Of a stretch of 64,000 nt of DNA, positions 50,493 through 62,599 are shown in pieces. Under the pieces are notes generated by a model. That model was given only the letters and a program-made list of their open reading frames with translations. It did no database searches and had not been told where the DNA came from. A program made the translations under genes and the position numbers. The stretch's first letter is position 1. Each line of letters starts with the position of its first letter. Origin of the DNA: Laetmonice hystrix (lineage: Eukaryota); contig OZ249445.1 in the NCBI GenBank assembly GCA_965235115.1, positions 1,860,001 through 1,924,000 of the forward strand. The letters are read 5' to 3'.

Positions 50493-52300
50493 GTAAGTAG
50501 TATACCGGGTCTGTTTAAACAAGGCGCACCAACACGCCATAATGTACATGCATCCAACTAAAACGCTTTCTTTGTGTAAAAATGGCGCATCTCTTACTAT
50601 GTCCTCAGCTTACAGATTATGGACCATGTCTTTCAATCGTCAAATGATTATCGACAGCCAATCTTTTCCGACGTACACTCTTGGCGATCTGTTGTGAATG
50701 TTCCCAGACAGTATAAGTTATAACTAGCAGCAACGATCGCATAGAAGGTTCACGCGTGTTTACTATGTATGAGTGTCCTATTTATTCATTCAATCAAATA
50801 TAATCTATCCGTAGCACATTATATCAAGTTTATATTCTAGGTTCAGACTTGAACGTCATTCCAGGATACATTAACGTGTAAAAACTGTTGCCAGTCGTTG
50901 TTTTCTCGGTGTAACCGCCAGTGTAACTCAGTGCCATATAGAACGTTGGTATAAATCGGTGCAGAAAGCCCTTGGATATGCATTTGATGGGTTACTGCGC
51001 ATCCATGAAGTCTCCGTGGACCTTTATAAGCCACTTGCGTACATCGCCTTCACCCGCTGGGGGGTAATGAAATGTTCTGTGAACACAGTCCTGGGTGGAG
51101 ACGAAACCAGTACACCCGCCCGCCCGCCAACCAGTACACCCGCCCCTGTCCTGTTTCATCCCCTCCCCTCCCCACCCTCACCCTCCGGCGAAGGGACCGT
51201 CCAGCTGTGTGGTATTACCCTGTGAATCCCCCTGTACGCTGTTAACTCGTTAAGTTGTCAGTCTAGGCCCCTTACGTGCCAGCTGTATAATACAAGCCCT
51301 GATCCGACTGAGCAGGAGGATGTTCGTTCTGAACCCTTGGGGTGTTAACGAGTCAGGTTATGTTCGCTGTCCTGTCAAGGTCAGGGCTGCCTCGTGCTAT
51401 ATTGCCCTATTAATTCCCCACGGATAATGACAATGCATATCAGAGTATATAAAACATATCATATCACAAAAGGTCCTGCAGTGTTCCACGCCATGCATTA
51501 ATTATTATACATTAGCCGTGGAACGGTCCAAACAAGGCCATAACGACGAGCGCCATTAAAAGGATGTACGATGCAATAAAGGGTGCTTAGCAACTCATTA
51601 GTTAGCAATCAATCATTCAACGGAAAAGAAAATTTCGAGTTTCTTAAGAAAAATACGACCCATCAATTCTGCTTTATATCTATGTCCTTCTGTAAATGTA
51701 AAAGTTATCCATCCTCCATCTATCGCCTTACTGCAAAGTAGGCTATCTATAGTCATATCTGAATCTCTAATTGAAATGGCAAGTGGACCCCTGAGCATCA
51801 GTCAGACTGCATGGTTTGCTTATATTATATCGCAAACACTGCTCATCATTGGTAACAACCGAATCGTAATTTCACATGGGAGGTATTAGAAAGTCAGAGA
51901 GTTTCCTGAGGTTGATCGGGTTTTCACTTTGCTTATTTCTAATCTGAAAACTAGATTGAGATTACTCGCGATAAAATGACTGCGATAAGAAATTAACATA
52001 CATATCTCACTGCGAAAGTTAATCGGTGAAATTGGTTTGGGGCTTTTCCTTTCCATGGAATTAGGGGTGGGGGACCTTTTCAATATGACAAAAGGTTACT
52101 GAGTAGAGCTATATATTCACAATTGGAAAGAACGGAATGCGGTAATCACTTCTGAGAATACAGCGTACCAGAACTGTCGTATCTGAAATGTATCTTTCAT
52201 GCAATTCCTTATCATTGTTTTACAATTGTCTTCCCTGCCGATCGATCACGTCACATTATCTCGATTTCTCCAGGTAACAATAGATCAAGACGATGGATAG

Positions 52301-53069
52301 GATAATCCATCTGACAGTGAATCCATCTGACCGATAGCAAAGTCAATCCATCTGACCGATAGCAAAGTCAATCCAGCTGACGGATAGGAAAGTCAATCCA
52401 TCTGACAGATAGGACAGTGAATCCATCTGACCAATAGCAAAGTCAATCCATCTGACAGATAGGACAGTGAATCCATCTGACCGATAGCAAAGTCAATCCA
52501 TCTGACAGATAGGACAGTGAATCCATCTGACCTATAGCAAAGTTAATCCATCTGACAGATAGGACAGTGAATCCATCTGACCGATAGCAAAGTCAATCCA
52601 TCTGACAGATAGGACAGTGAATCCATCTGACTGATAGCAAAGTCAATCCATCTGACAGATAGGACAGTGAATCCATCTGACCGATAGCAAAGTCAATCCA
52701 TCTGACAGATATAGGACAGTGAATCCAGCTGACGGATAGAAAGTCAATCCATCTGACCGATAGGACAGTGAATCCATCTGACGGATAGCAAAGTCAATCC
52801 ATCTGACAGATAGGACAGTGAATCCAGCTGACGGATAGGACAGTGAATCCATCTGACCGATAGCAAAGTCAATCCTTCTGACAGATAGGACAGTGAATCC
52901 ATCTGACCGATAGCAAAGTCAATCCATCTGACAGATAGGACAGTGAATCCAGCTGACGGATAGCAAAGTCAATCCATCTGACAGATAGGACAGTGAATCC
53001 ATCTGACGGATAGCAAAGTCAATCCATCTGACAGATAGGACAGTGAATCCAGCTGACGGATAGGAAAGT
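52301..53069. repeat. 50-bp higher-order repeat (two 25-bp subunits) x~15
   Basis: Alternating gatagcaaagtcaatccatctgaca and gataggacagtgaatccatctgacc. Confidence 0.95.
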
Positions 53070-54136
53070 GTCTCCATCTGTAGCCACTGGAGAAAGCAGT
53101 GACTCGACTGTTTCATTTATTTGCGATTTTGGTTATGCTTCCCGCTCCTGCATGGCGTTTGTGTTTTGGTTTCGGTGGGACCAAATTGGCGTACCGGAGA
53201 AGTTCTCTCCTCCTGTGCGAGGTGTATCCGTATTTCTCCGTGGACTACAAGTGTCGTCAGCGGAGGAGCAATTTTAAACAGAGTATAGCGAACTGTGAAC
53301 TACGTGACACAGGGTGTTGTTGATGGCGATAAAATACAGATGTCAAAAAACGAGGCTCGTTGCTGAGGTGGCAGCTTCACCTTTCTGCTGGCAATTCTTC
53401 GACACGGTCTCCATTCTCCTCGATGGCCCTAGCAATTTATAACAGAAAAAAAACTAACAAAAGAAAATTAAATGTTGATAATGAATAGCTCCTCCGCCTT
53501 TCGTTGTCATAATAAAGAATATGGAAATTGATAAAGTTCACAAACGCAGACTGGCGCAGCGCCTGGCATAGTCACATTGTTGTATACGGACCTGATTACA
53601 CAAAGGCCCTCAATAAATGATGGTATGTAGAACGTGTTTGTTGACCCTGGATAATATATAATACACACAATAATGCTGCACCATTGCATCCTAATAGCTC
53701 CTTGTTGATACGTGCCAGGTCTTTAAAAGCTTTGCCTTTCGTCTAAGTGATTTAAGGTCACAAGTTCAAGAGCATGGCGGCGGCATATGAAAGGGGCCGT
53801 GACAAGGTACTCCAGCCAGCGATGGGTCTGGGTCGAGGCGACAACAATGCTCATATCAATGTTGCATGAATGAAAATGCACATATGTTTATGCGCGATGG
53901 AATCCCAACTTGCCTCCACTTATCCCAGGCGGAAGGAAAATATTAGTCACGGTATACGAGTTATTTCTGTATCGTCCTGCTCGGGTGCTGTTTGCCTGGA
54001 GTGCGTACGTAAACCCTTCCTTCCTCCACTCCACCCAGCTCCGGGATTACGTGTTATTATCATTGAACCAACTCCCACAATCAACTAATGTTTCATTCGT
54101 AGCCCTCAAGAAAACAGAATACTTGCCCCTTCTATA

Positions 54137-54910
54137 ATTCGACCACAGTAAGGACGATAAGACTTGGTAATGTTAATTCTATCCGCCAGCTTTGCTTACT
54201 TTCCCTATTCGACCACAGTAAGGACGATAAGACTTGGTAATGTTAATTCTATCCGCCAGCTTTGCTTACTTTCCCTATTCGACCACAGTAAGGACCATAA
54301 GACTTGGTAATGTTAATTCTATCCGCCAGCTTTGCTTCCTTTCCCTATTCCACCACAGTAAGGACGATAAGACTTGGTAATGTTAATTCTATCCACCAGC
54401 TTTGCTTACTTTCCCTATTCGACCACAGTAAGGACGATAAGACTTGGTAATGTTAATTCTATCCACCAGCTTTGCTTACTTTCCCTATTCGACCACAGTA
54501 AGGACGATAAGACTTGGTAATGTTAATTCTATCCTCCAGCTTTGCTTACTTTCCCTATTCGACCACAGTAACGACGATAAGACTTGATAATGTTAATTCT
54601 ATCCGCCAGCTTTGCTTCCTTTCCCTATTCCACCACAGTAAGGACGATAAGACTTGGTAATGTTAATTCTATCCGCCAGCTTTGCTTACTTTCCCTATTC
54701 GACCACAGTAAGGACGATAAGACTTGGTAATGTTAATTCTACCCGCCAGCTTTGCTTACTTTCCCTATTGGACCACAGTAAGGACGATAAGACTTGGTAA
54801 TGTTACTTCTACCCGCCAGCTTTGCTTTCTTTCCCTATTCGACCACAGTAAGGACGATAAGACTTGGTAATGTTACTTCTACCCGCCAGCTTTGCTTTCT
54901 TTCCCTATTC
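54137..54910. repeat. 70-bp minisatellite x11
   Basis: Unit attcgaccacagtaaggacgataagacttggtaatgttaattctatccgccagctttgcttactttccct. Confidence 0.97.
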
Positions 54911-57084
54911 TAGAATCTGTTTGTCTTAGGTTTGAGGTCATCAGACCAAATTGGTCAAATACTCCCACTAAACATGACGACTTAGATTAAAGTATTAGTT
55001 CTATCCTAGTGTGAGATGCACTTAATAATGTTGCATGACTTTAAGACACTCCGGTAGTCAATACTTATACACCACTGTATAGAGTACAGGTGATCGTACG
55101 TGACCCTCATTCGGAGAGATCCCACCTAAACCCCCAGTACATAGGGTCGAGAATATACCTCGGATAACGTTACTAAGACAGCCGCAAGTGGCGATGGTGC
55201 TCAAACAATAAACCATTACGCCTGAATGATAATTGTAAATTATGCAGATGCTTCCAGCATGCATCCATGGCTGGCACAAGGGACGCAATCAGCCGCGGAT
55301 AGCTTGTCATTTTCTGGCCAATGTTTTATACATAAATGAGGCACTAAATCGCAGGCACTGATCTATGACAATATCAAACAATAGCAATAATTGCACCTCC
55401 CCTTGCCATATACTTCAGCAACAGACCTTGTTGTCATGATGAGCTATCACGTTTCTCCCTGTCTTGCCGCTGCTATGTCAATTGACGTATTGGGTTGATG
55501 CCACTACCGTTTGCCATTGACATGTTAATGTGCGGTTTTTCAAATGAAGCATCCAGTAGGGAGTTGATGTCCATGTGTGCCTTGATTAAATTGACAGCTC
55601 TCACGCACATTTTACTAGCTGCCATTTTTCAATACCTCTCAAGATGAAAGGTGGCCGCGCATGCCTAAACGACTCATCCGTTTGTCGTATCTCCCCACCA
55701 AACTTCTGCCGTAAAACTGATCGTCAAGTCCAAAACGAGATGGGCCGCGGTGCAGGGAGAAATCAACTCAACTCCAACAAATCATACTTCCACTTAATAT
55801 AGCCGTAGTTTTTTAGAGGGGGGGGGGGGGTTGCGAGAAGATGTAGACTTTAGATGTCGACTTTAGCACGGCAAGTCGTTTAGAGCCCACTTTATCTTAC
55901 GGGCAATGTTCAGGCGGCGGTTATTGTAAGTAAAATAACCGTGTTATTTTCTAAACGCATAAAACGCAGCATCACCAGTGTGTGGTTCGATGACAGAGAA
56001 ACCGGAGAAGAGTACCGAGACTTTCCTCCTGACATTCCAGAAGATCAATAGACAGAACGACAGGGGGAGGGACAGGAGGGAGGGACAGATCAAATAGTAC
56101 TTACACAATTAGACGTACGCAGCCACCCTCTTCGGCTTTCACAACAAGTGTAAGGGTGCACATATATACATGTATGCAGTATGCATATTTTAATGCATGC
56201 ATTTATGTTTTGTAGGCATTGATGTGCACACGTATGCAAACCTACGTACGTGTAGTACATACAACTCCGTATATATGCTTATATCCACATATATTCTATA
56301 CATATATCTGGAATTCGTCACCCTCAATCTGAGGCAATCGACGTGCGAGACATTCTGTGCTGTACATGCCGTTTCTTGTAACCTGATCATCTTTACACGC
56401 TCAGATTGTGAAGGTGCTTCCATTCAGGTAGAAGTATAAAGCGAGTGGCATCCACTGATATATATTCCGACAGAGGCACGTACCGATTTCATATAATATG
56501 TATAGTGTCTGACGTTGGCACTTACTGCAGACAGAAACAACTGCTCTGTACCACAGCCTGTTGCAGGCCCCGACCCGTCTCAACCAGGTTATCTGCCCTC
56601 CCTCCTGGAAACCCCGTCCGCTCGCACTTCGCTGCTGGAAAATCTCCTGACAGATTATTAGTATGGACTGTCAGGCTTGGAAAATCACCCTAATTGTCAT
56701 TAGTTATTCTTCTGAGGCATAGCCTTACTCTGGAGGAGGCGATGCTCCCGCACTAGGAGCAGCTTCAGAGCACAACTTTCATCAAAGTAAATCTAGTTAA
56801 AAGATCTCTTCCTGCTCTGATTAGCTTTTAATATGGCCAGTCGGCCTTGTTTTGTCTGATCAATTAGGTGATTTTCTAGATACGTCAGTCTGCCGGGACG
56901 ATATGGCTTATATTTCTAGGGGCGGTAGTCCCGGTGGATATTACTGGGTGCTGCATACAGAGAGCCTATGTTATAATGGTTATATTCTTATGTTGCACAG
57001 CGCACATGTCGAGGGATCGGCCCGTGCCAACCCTTCCCTCAAACAGCCTCTCCCCCTATGTGCGTTCACGCATGCGGCAGACAG

Positions 57085-57250
57085 TTTCCGGTCGTATCGT
57101 TAAAAACATGGATGAAGAAGAAGATAAAATCTCGTGTATAGGCATGCGCAAACGCTGTTTGCTGGACCGGACGTGCCGCGGGACGCTGACGGACTTCCGG
57201 CGACTATGTCGGGAAAACAAGAAGAAGGAAGAATGCGTCACCACCGACAG
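57085..57250 (+). CDS. Gfrl: Gfrl-like exon 4: linker and first half of GFRa domain 2
   Basis: Encodes SGRIVKNMDEEEDKISCIGMRKRCLLDRTCRGTLTDFRRLCRENKKKEECVTTD. The donor AG|gttgga is phase 2 and matches exon 5. The phase-1 acceptor cagacag| at 57084 was chosen to fit exon 3. In-frame alternative AGs at 57046 and 57080 make the 5' edge uncertain. Confidence 0.85.
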
Positions 57251-57659
57251 GTTGGATGTTTTCTAATATCTTTGGTGTCACCTTGGACGTAATATCATGA
57301 CAACATTCTGAAGTTTCTAGGGACGTTTGAAGCTATTAGACGTCCTCAAACAATTTAAAGACATCAATTCTGAGAATCTGATGGCATTAAATCATGTGTA
57401 CAGATTTGCAAGGCAGGTCGAACACAAATCATTAATAGGTTCTGGTCGAGATAAAGAAAAATTATGACTTCTATTCCATCGCCCATAGTGAGATAGATAA
57501 TGTGATTTTGATATTATTCATTTCAAGCGATTTCTACAATAGCTGCTTTCAAATAGAAATGAAACATCACTTCCAAACGGAAGACATTGGTTTTCAATAA
57601 TGGGATTCTCGAATATGATTTTCTGTGAAAATAGTTGTGTATTTTCTTTATCTTGTCAG

Positions 57660-57796
57660 GGACGGATGTTTTAAGATGATTGAAAGGCTTCGAGAATCTG
57701 GAATATTTGATTGTCACTGTAACCACGTGAAGAAATATCAAACACGCAGGAAATGTGACCGAATACAGTATCGGCTGGCCAACAACACTTGCCTTG
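57660..57796 (+). CDS. Gfrl: Gfrl-like exon 5: second half of GFRa domain 2
   Basis: Acceptor attttctttatcttgtcag| and donor G|gtaagt; phase 2-1. Encodes DGCFKMIERLRESGIFDCHCNHVKKYQTRRKCDRIQYRLANNTCL (CxC and terminal NxC as in GFRa domains). Confidence 0.92.
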
Positions 57797-58859
57797 GTAA
57801 GTTCTGACTGTTACACTGGATGTGTGAAAGAAATCACGTATTGATTGAGTGGATTAATCTCCTTGCCTGATGGATATTATGATTGATAATACACATTGTT
57901 GTCAACATGGCGTTGACATTCATTTTGTAGGAGCCGTTAGATTGCTGCTTTCCTTTCACAAGTATGACGTCTAAACATTTAAAGTCAGATCTCTGCCTGT
58001 TACTTGTTCGCATCAAATAACAAGTCTTCGTGGTTTCTGTACCTCCTAGATTAGGATTTAGCGGTTACTTCCCTGACGTTCTCTTGTCCGCAAAATATGA
58101 GATGATCTAAAGTTCAGTGCAGAAATACACGAATATAGATAATATCGTATGAAAGTATTACATTGCCCCCACAAATTACATCGGTATCCAATATTCGTGT
58201 CATTTTACTCCGGCCCGTTTTTAATTCGCATGCGAAATCTCTGCTGTACAGAACCTGTCACAGCCTCTTCAAAATGATCTAACATATGTTTGCTTTCTGA
58301 AAATTCTAATGTTGCTTATATCGGAGTTTTCACTCTGGAGTTACATGGGCCACTCTGTCTGTTGGAAGCTCACAGGAATAAAATGAAACGGTTACATCAA
58401 TTAAATGTTAATTTGATTAACCAGAAAAGCCTCAGCCTTGCACATTTTCCACTTCTGACAAGCACAATCAAGGGAAAGTGTACCGAGGACAATTGGTACC
58501 TACCAGAGCCGCTTCTATCTGCGGATGGCTAATTTCGAAATTTAATGATTCTCAAATTTGCCTATTTCCAAATTGTTCACATTCAGCATGTTTGCGGAGG
58601 CTAATGTATTTCCGCCCAACTTCATGAAAATGAACGAATTTGCTTTTACGTCATACGTTAAATTTAGCCGCTGACTGCGCTGATTCTAAACAGCCCTTCC
58701 ATTTTATGTCTAGCATGAATCATAATCAGGACTCTTTAAGGCTGAACCAGTCAACAAGGTCGGTCTACCACCAACATTTCTCTTGGCCACAGACCGGTCC
58801 GTTGCCGAAAATACCCCTACTCGGTGATTCCAAAGTCGTAATTACGTCAAGGCAGTAAT

Positions 58860-60300
58860 AACAGCACTTTGGTCCTCAACCATACCTCTCTGGTGCACCT
58901 GCTAACTGGAACGCTGCTCACTGGAAGGTTTATATGTCGACCATTCACCACTCATGTTCCATACAACATTTACCTCCGCCCGGAAACCAAGCCAAGGTAT
59001 CATCCACAATATCAGGGTGACGCAGTACCACGTTTAAATCGATCGATCCTACACGGTGGCCGTATAAAGTGACAAAGATGTCATACTCTAAGCCATCTCG
59101 AGTGTCTATTTGGGAACTTTCCCCGCGTTTCGCCATCTCTAATTCTATTGCCGTGAGGGCAATGATACCCTGGCTAATCTACCGGCACCACCGGCAGCAG
59201 ACTCAGGTCCCGTGTCACCCCGTACACAGAGGTCCCGTACCCTGTGTGGTAGGGGAAACGGTAAGGATGTTAGGTATATCAAGGGTGCATGGAACTGTCA
59301 TCTACACTAGGGAAACAATACACGTTTGTCAGACAGGGCGTCTTTCTGTACAGCTGAGCATGATTCGGACCGGTACACATACGGAGACATGCGAATTACC
59401 CTTTCAGCCAATATATTCAGGACCTTGGTAACCAAAATCCTCAACAAGGTAGATCTACATGCCAATAATTGTTGCCTGCCCAAGGTGCTGAAAGCTTTAG
59501 ATTGGATCTCTCAACAAAATGTGTTCTTGGAGAAAACAACTCCATTTCGGTATGGCTTACCATGCCCCCTGACCCCTCCAACAATCCCAGCCTGCTGTTC
59601 AGATGACAACACACTTCCAGCCACCCCTCAAATAAAGCACCATTTCTACTTGGCCCAGGAGGATGTACCTCTGCTGGCAGGTCTCAGGTCATAACGACCT
59701 TTCGTTGTTTTACGCTGGTGAATGGACCTTTTCAGATTCACAGCATCAGATAGCTTGCCATGTAGAGAACTGTTATCGTAGCTACTCCACTACTCTCCGT
59801 TTGTTGAGTCATAAACGGAAGCAAAAACATTCCCAGGGACATGGGTGTCTATAATTCTCCCAGATCGAACGCCTTTCATAATTTGGCCTGTGGTTAAATG
59901 CTGACCAGATCAAGGCCAACCTCCGTCGTATCGCTTATTGATCTTTACCTTAACTAACAAACCTCATCAACCCCATACACAACGAGTAGGTCGATAAAAG
60001 CATTATCGAACAGATAACCAGCCGACTTCATCAAATGGAAATCATCCTCAATGATTTCTCCCCGACTTTACGTCCTAACGTCGGCCATACTTAACTCCAG
60101 GAGCAGCCATGCTGATCACGTGGCCAGAACGTGTTGTCAGACCAGCACTACAGACCAGCAAACATTCTGATTGGCTGCCTCCCTCGAAGCGCCCCCAAGT
60201 GGTGTGAGTCGACTTTTCTGATCCCAAAGCTAATCAGACCCATCACAGCGATCGGTGGAGTCGGGTTGACATCTGACCTAACATCACTCGCCCACACCCC
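58860..60300 (+). mobile_element. Possible decayed LINE (APE end plus RT start)
   Basis: VDHSPLMF (SDHSP-like) near 58935; CCLPKVLKAL...FLEKTTPFRYG near 59470-59555; LIPKLIRPITAIG near 60215. All matches are degenerate. Confidence 0.35.
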
Positions 60301-61320
60301 CAGAATCACGTCCACGCTCGCCCTACCAGCGTTTGTTCACAAAATGCCAATAGTGCGCATCAAACAGGTTAATTTGAAGCTTCTGCACATGCAACCTTTG
60401 ACTCCATAGCATGTAGCCCTGGCATCGTGTAGTGGAAACGGTCATTACCTGCACAGATCCACTGGTCACCTGAGCTTGTGGACATACTGTATCATGCGAA
60501 GTGTAGAGACTTGGTGCAAGTCACATAGCAAGCCCCATCAAATAGTTATGTGTATTCTAGCGGTCGGCTGACTACACAGTTGGTCGACAGCTATAGGGCC
60601 GGAAGGTAGCCCCCCAGCGGACTGATCTATCACTGCAAACATCTAAGTAACGTTCCCTGTAATATTGGATTGCATCCTGTATTAAAGTGGCGTTTAGGCT
60701 AGCCTTCAATGAGAGTGGTTCCTATATTGTAAATGTTGCGAAGGGTTAGCTGGTGACCTAACAGAATTTATTTTCCATGCGTGGAACCGTATGTGCCACG
60801 ACTTACCCTGAGGGTTGGCCACACTCTGACATACATCTATTGGTTGTTTTCAACCCGTCATCAGAACAAAGTTATGTATAGACACAGCTTGCTCTGCACT
60901 GGACACACTAGGTATCCGTGACATTCTTTAGATATATAAAAAAAATAGTTGGTCAACGGTAATCAGGCCTGTTCCGTACAGTTCCAGAAAAATCGGTCCT
61001 CAGCTGCTGCTATGATCGGCCTGCATTTTGTCATTTCCATCGATATCGAATGTCGGCAAACTGTTACAGAATTAGGGCAATCGATGGTGCCGCCGATAAC
61101 CTTTGTAGCATCACATATTCACACGTCGGACTTGTTGGCCCAGATTTGGCTAGGTGGGATATGCACTGTGGTCGGACCAACGTACGCTCCACGCGGGGTG
61201 CTCCACTGACAGACAGCCTAGAATATCTTATAAAGCAGCCAACATTAAATCAATATCCCCGCTCCCAGACACTTCTACCAGTTACAAAGTTGAAACTTCT
61301 TCTAGTAGCTTCAAGCTTAA

Positions 61321-61761
61321 AGGCAGGGTAAACACCCACGGCAAATAAGGTTTCGTAGACCAAATGGAACACCAGCATTTACCTCAGGGCAATAAATGAC
61401 ACAATTACATTGTCTGAATGAAGTAATTAACGTGTAGCTGCCCGATGTGTGACGTAACTGGTTCTGCTTGTGTGTTCAACACCTCGGACGTTTACAAACG
61501 TTGGGACTCCAAACATCGTGTAGACAAGGTCTGTGAGCAGAGTAACACGTAATGTTACGCAATACGCTGCGGTGTGCAGCATTCGGCTCTGATGGACACA
61601 CAAGAAGGTCAAGGTCAGAACCAGCGGCGTCATACATCAGGCGGTTACACGTTAATTACTTCATTCTGACAACGTAATTGTGTCATTTATTGCCCTCAGT
61701 TAAATGCTGGTGTTTCATTTGGTCTATGAAACCTTATTTGCCGTGGGTGTTTACCCTGCTT
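61321..61761. mobile_element. Foldback MITE with ~120-bp TIRs and TTAA target duplication (Kolobok-like)
   Basis: TTAA|aggcagggtaaacacccacggcaaataagg... and ...ccttatttgccgtgggtgtttaccctgctt|TTAA; the arms pair over roughly 120 bp. Confidence 0.88.
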
Positions 61762-62021
61762 TTAAGGATTGCTTTCTGTTATATACGTAATCCGAATCAA
61801 TAGAATCTATTAACCCATAAAGTTAAGGAATAGCTTCCCCCTCTGTCTCGATCCTTGTCTGTTTCTCTATCTGTCTCCCTCTATCCCTATCGCAATATCT
61901 CTGAGTATAGGCTACTTTTAAAACGACATCTTCATTGTAGGTCGTTTCTCGCGATACCTCTAAATGGTAAGTGCTCGACCATCATACAATAACACATACA
62001 GATGTGATTTCTCCCTTTCAG

Positions 62022-62117
62022 TGGCGGTTCCATATCTGGTACACTCTAGCAAAGCAATGGCCACGTCTTACGAGGATCTTCTTGATATCGTCTCCTCAGT
62101 GTCGACCCCAGCACCAG
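62022..62117 (+). CDS. Gfrl: Gfrl-like probable exon 6: Ser/Thr/Pro-containing inter-domain linker
   Basis: Acceptor gtgatttctccctttcag| and donor CAG|gtcaga; 96 nt, phase 1-1, open. Encodes AVPYLVHSSKAMATSYEDLLDIVSSVSTPAP. Support is splice signals and phase only; there is no homology motif. Confidence 0.6.
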
Positions 62118-62146
62118 GTCAGATGAGATACTTGACATGGAATGAT

Positions 62147-62517
62147 GCTGCACACACATCCAGCGGTAGGTGCCTGCAGCAAACCGCCTTTTGCCTGTAC
62201 TACTTACACTTATACCGCGGGCTGCACACACATCCAGCGGTAGGTGCCTGCAGCAAACCGCCTTTTGCCTGTACTACTTACAACTCTACCGCGGGCTGCA
62301 CACACATCCAGCGGTAGGTGCCTGCAACAAAGCGCCTTTTACCTGTACTACTTACACTTATACCGCGGGCTGCACACACATCCAGCGGTAGGTGCCTGCA
62401 ACAAAGCGCCTTTTGCCTGTACTACTTACACTTATACCGCGGGCTGCACACACATCCAGCGGTAGGTGCCTGCAACAAAGCGCCTTTTGCCTGTACTACT
62501 TACACTTATACTGCGGG
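62147..62517. repeat. 74-bp minisatellite x5
   Basis: Unit gctgcacacacatccagcggtaggtgcctgca(g/a)caaa(c/g)cgccttttgcctgtactacttacacttataccgcgg. Confidence 0.96.
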
Positions 62518-62599
62518 CGCTGGGTCTTACGACGCGGTTTGATCATATAAAACAATTTTTGTTTAAACACTTTAAAAAATATTAGAAGCAATAGAACGA

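Larger units (their letters stand above)
3804..62117 (+). other. Gfrl: Multi-exon GDNF family receptor alpha-like (GFRa/GAS1-domain) gene, 5' part; 3' exons lie beyond the window
   Basis: Six exons joined by GT-AG introns with compatible phases (1,1,1,2,1). They give a signal peptide and two domains, each with the 10-Cys GFRa/GAS1 pattern (C-x6-C ... CxC ... C ... C). The IPRIC motif in domain 1 and the KCDRI motif in domain 2 resemble, from memory, the D0 and D1 domains of insect Gfrl. Confidence 0.85.

Noticed and set aside
53099-53323. DYKCRQRRSNFKQSIANC as an additional GFRa-domain exon
   Set aside because: The Cys register does not fit, there are no convincing splice sites, and both flanking domains are already complete with 10 Cys.
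53700-53850. FICRRHALELV as a hAT-type CxxH motif
   Set aside because: A single short motif with no other transposase motifs or TIRs nearby.
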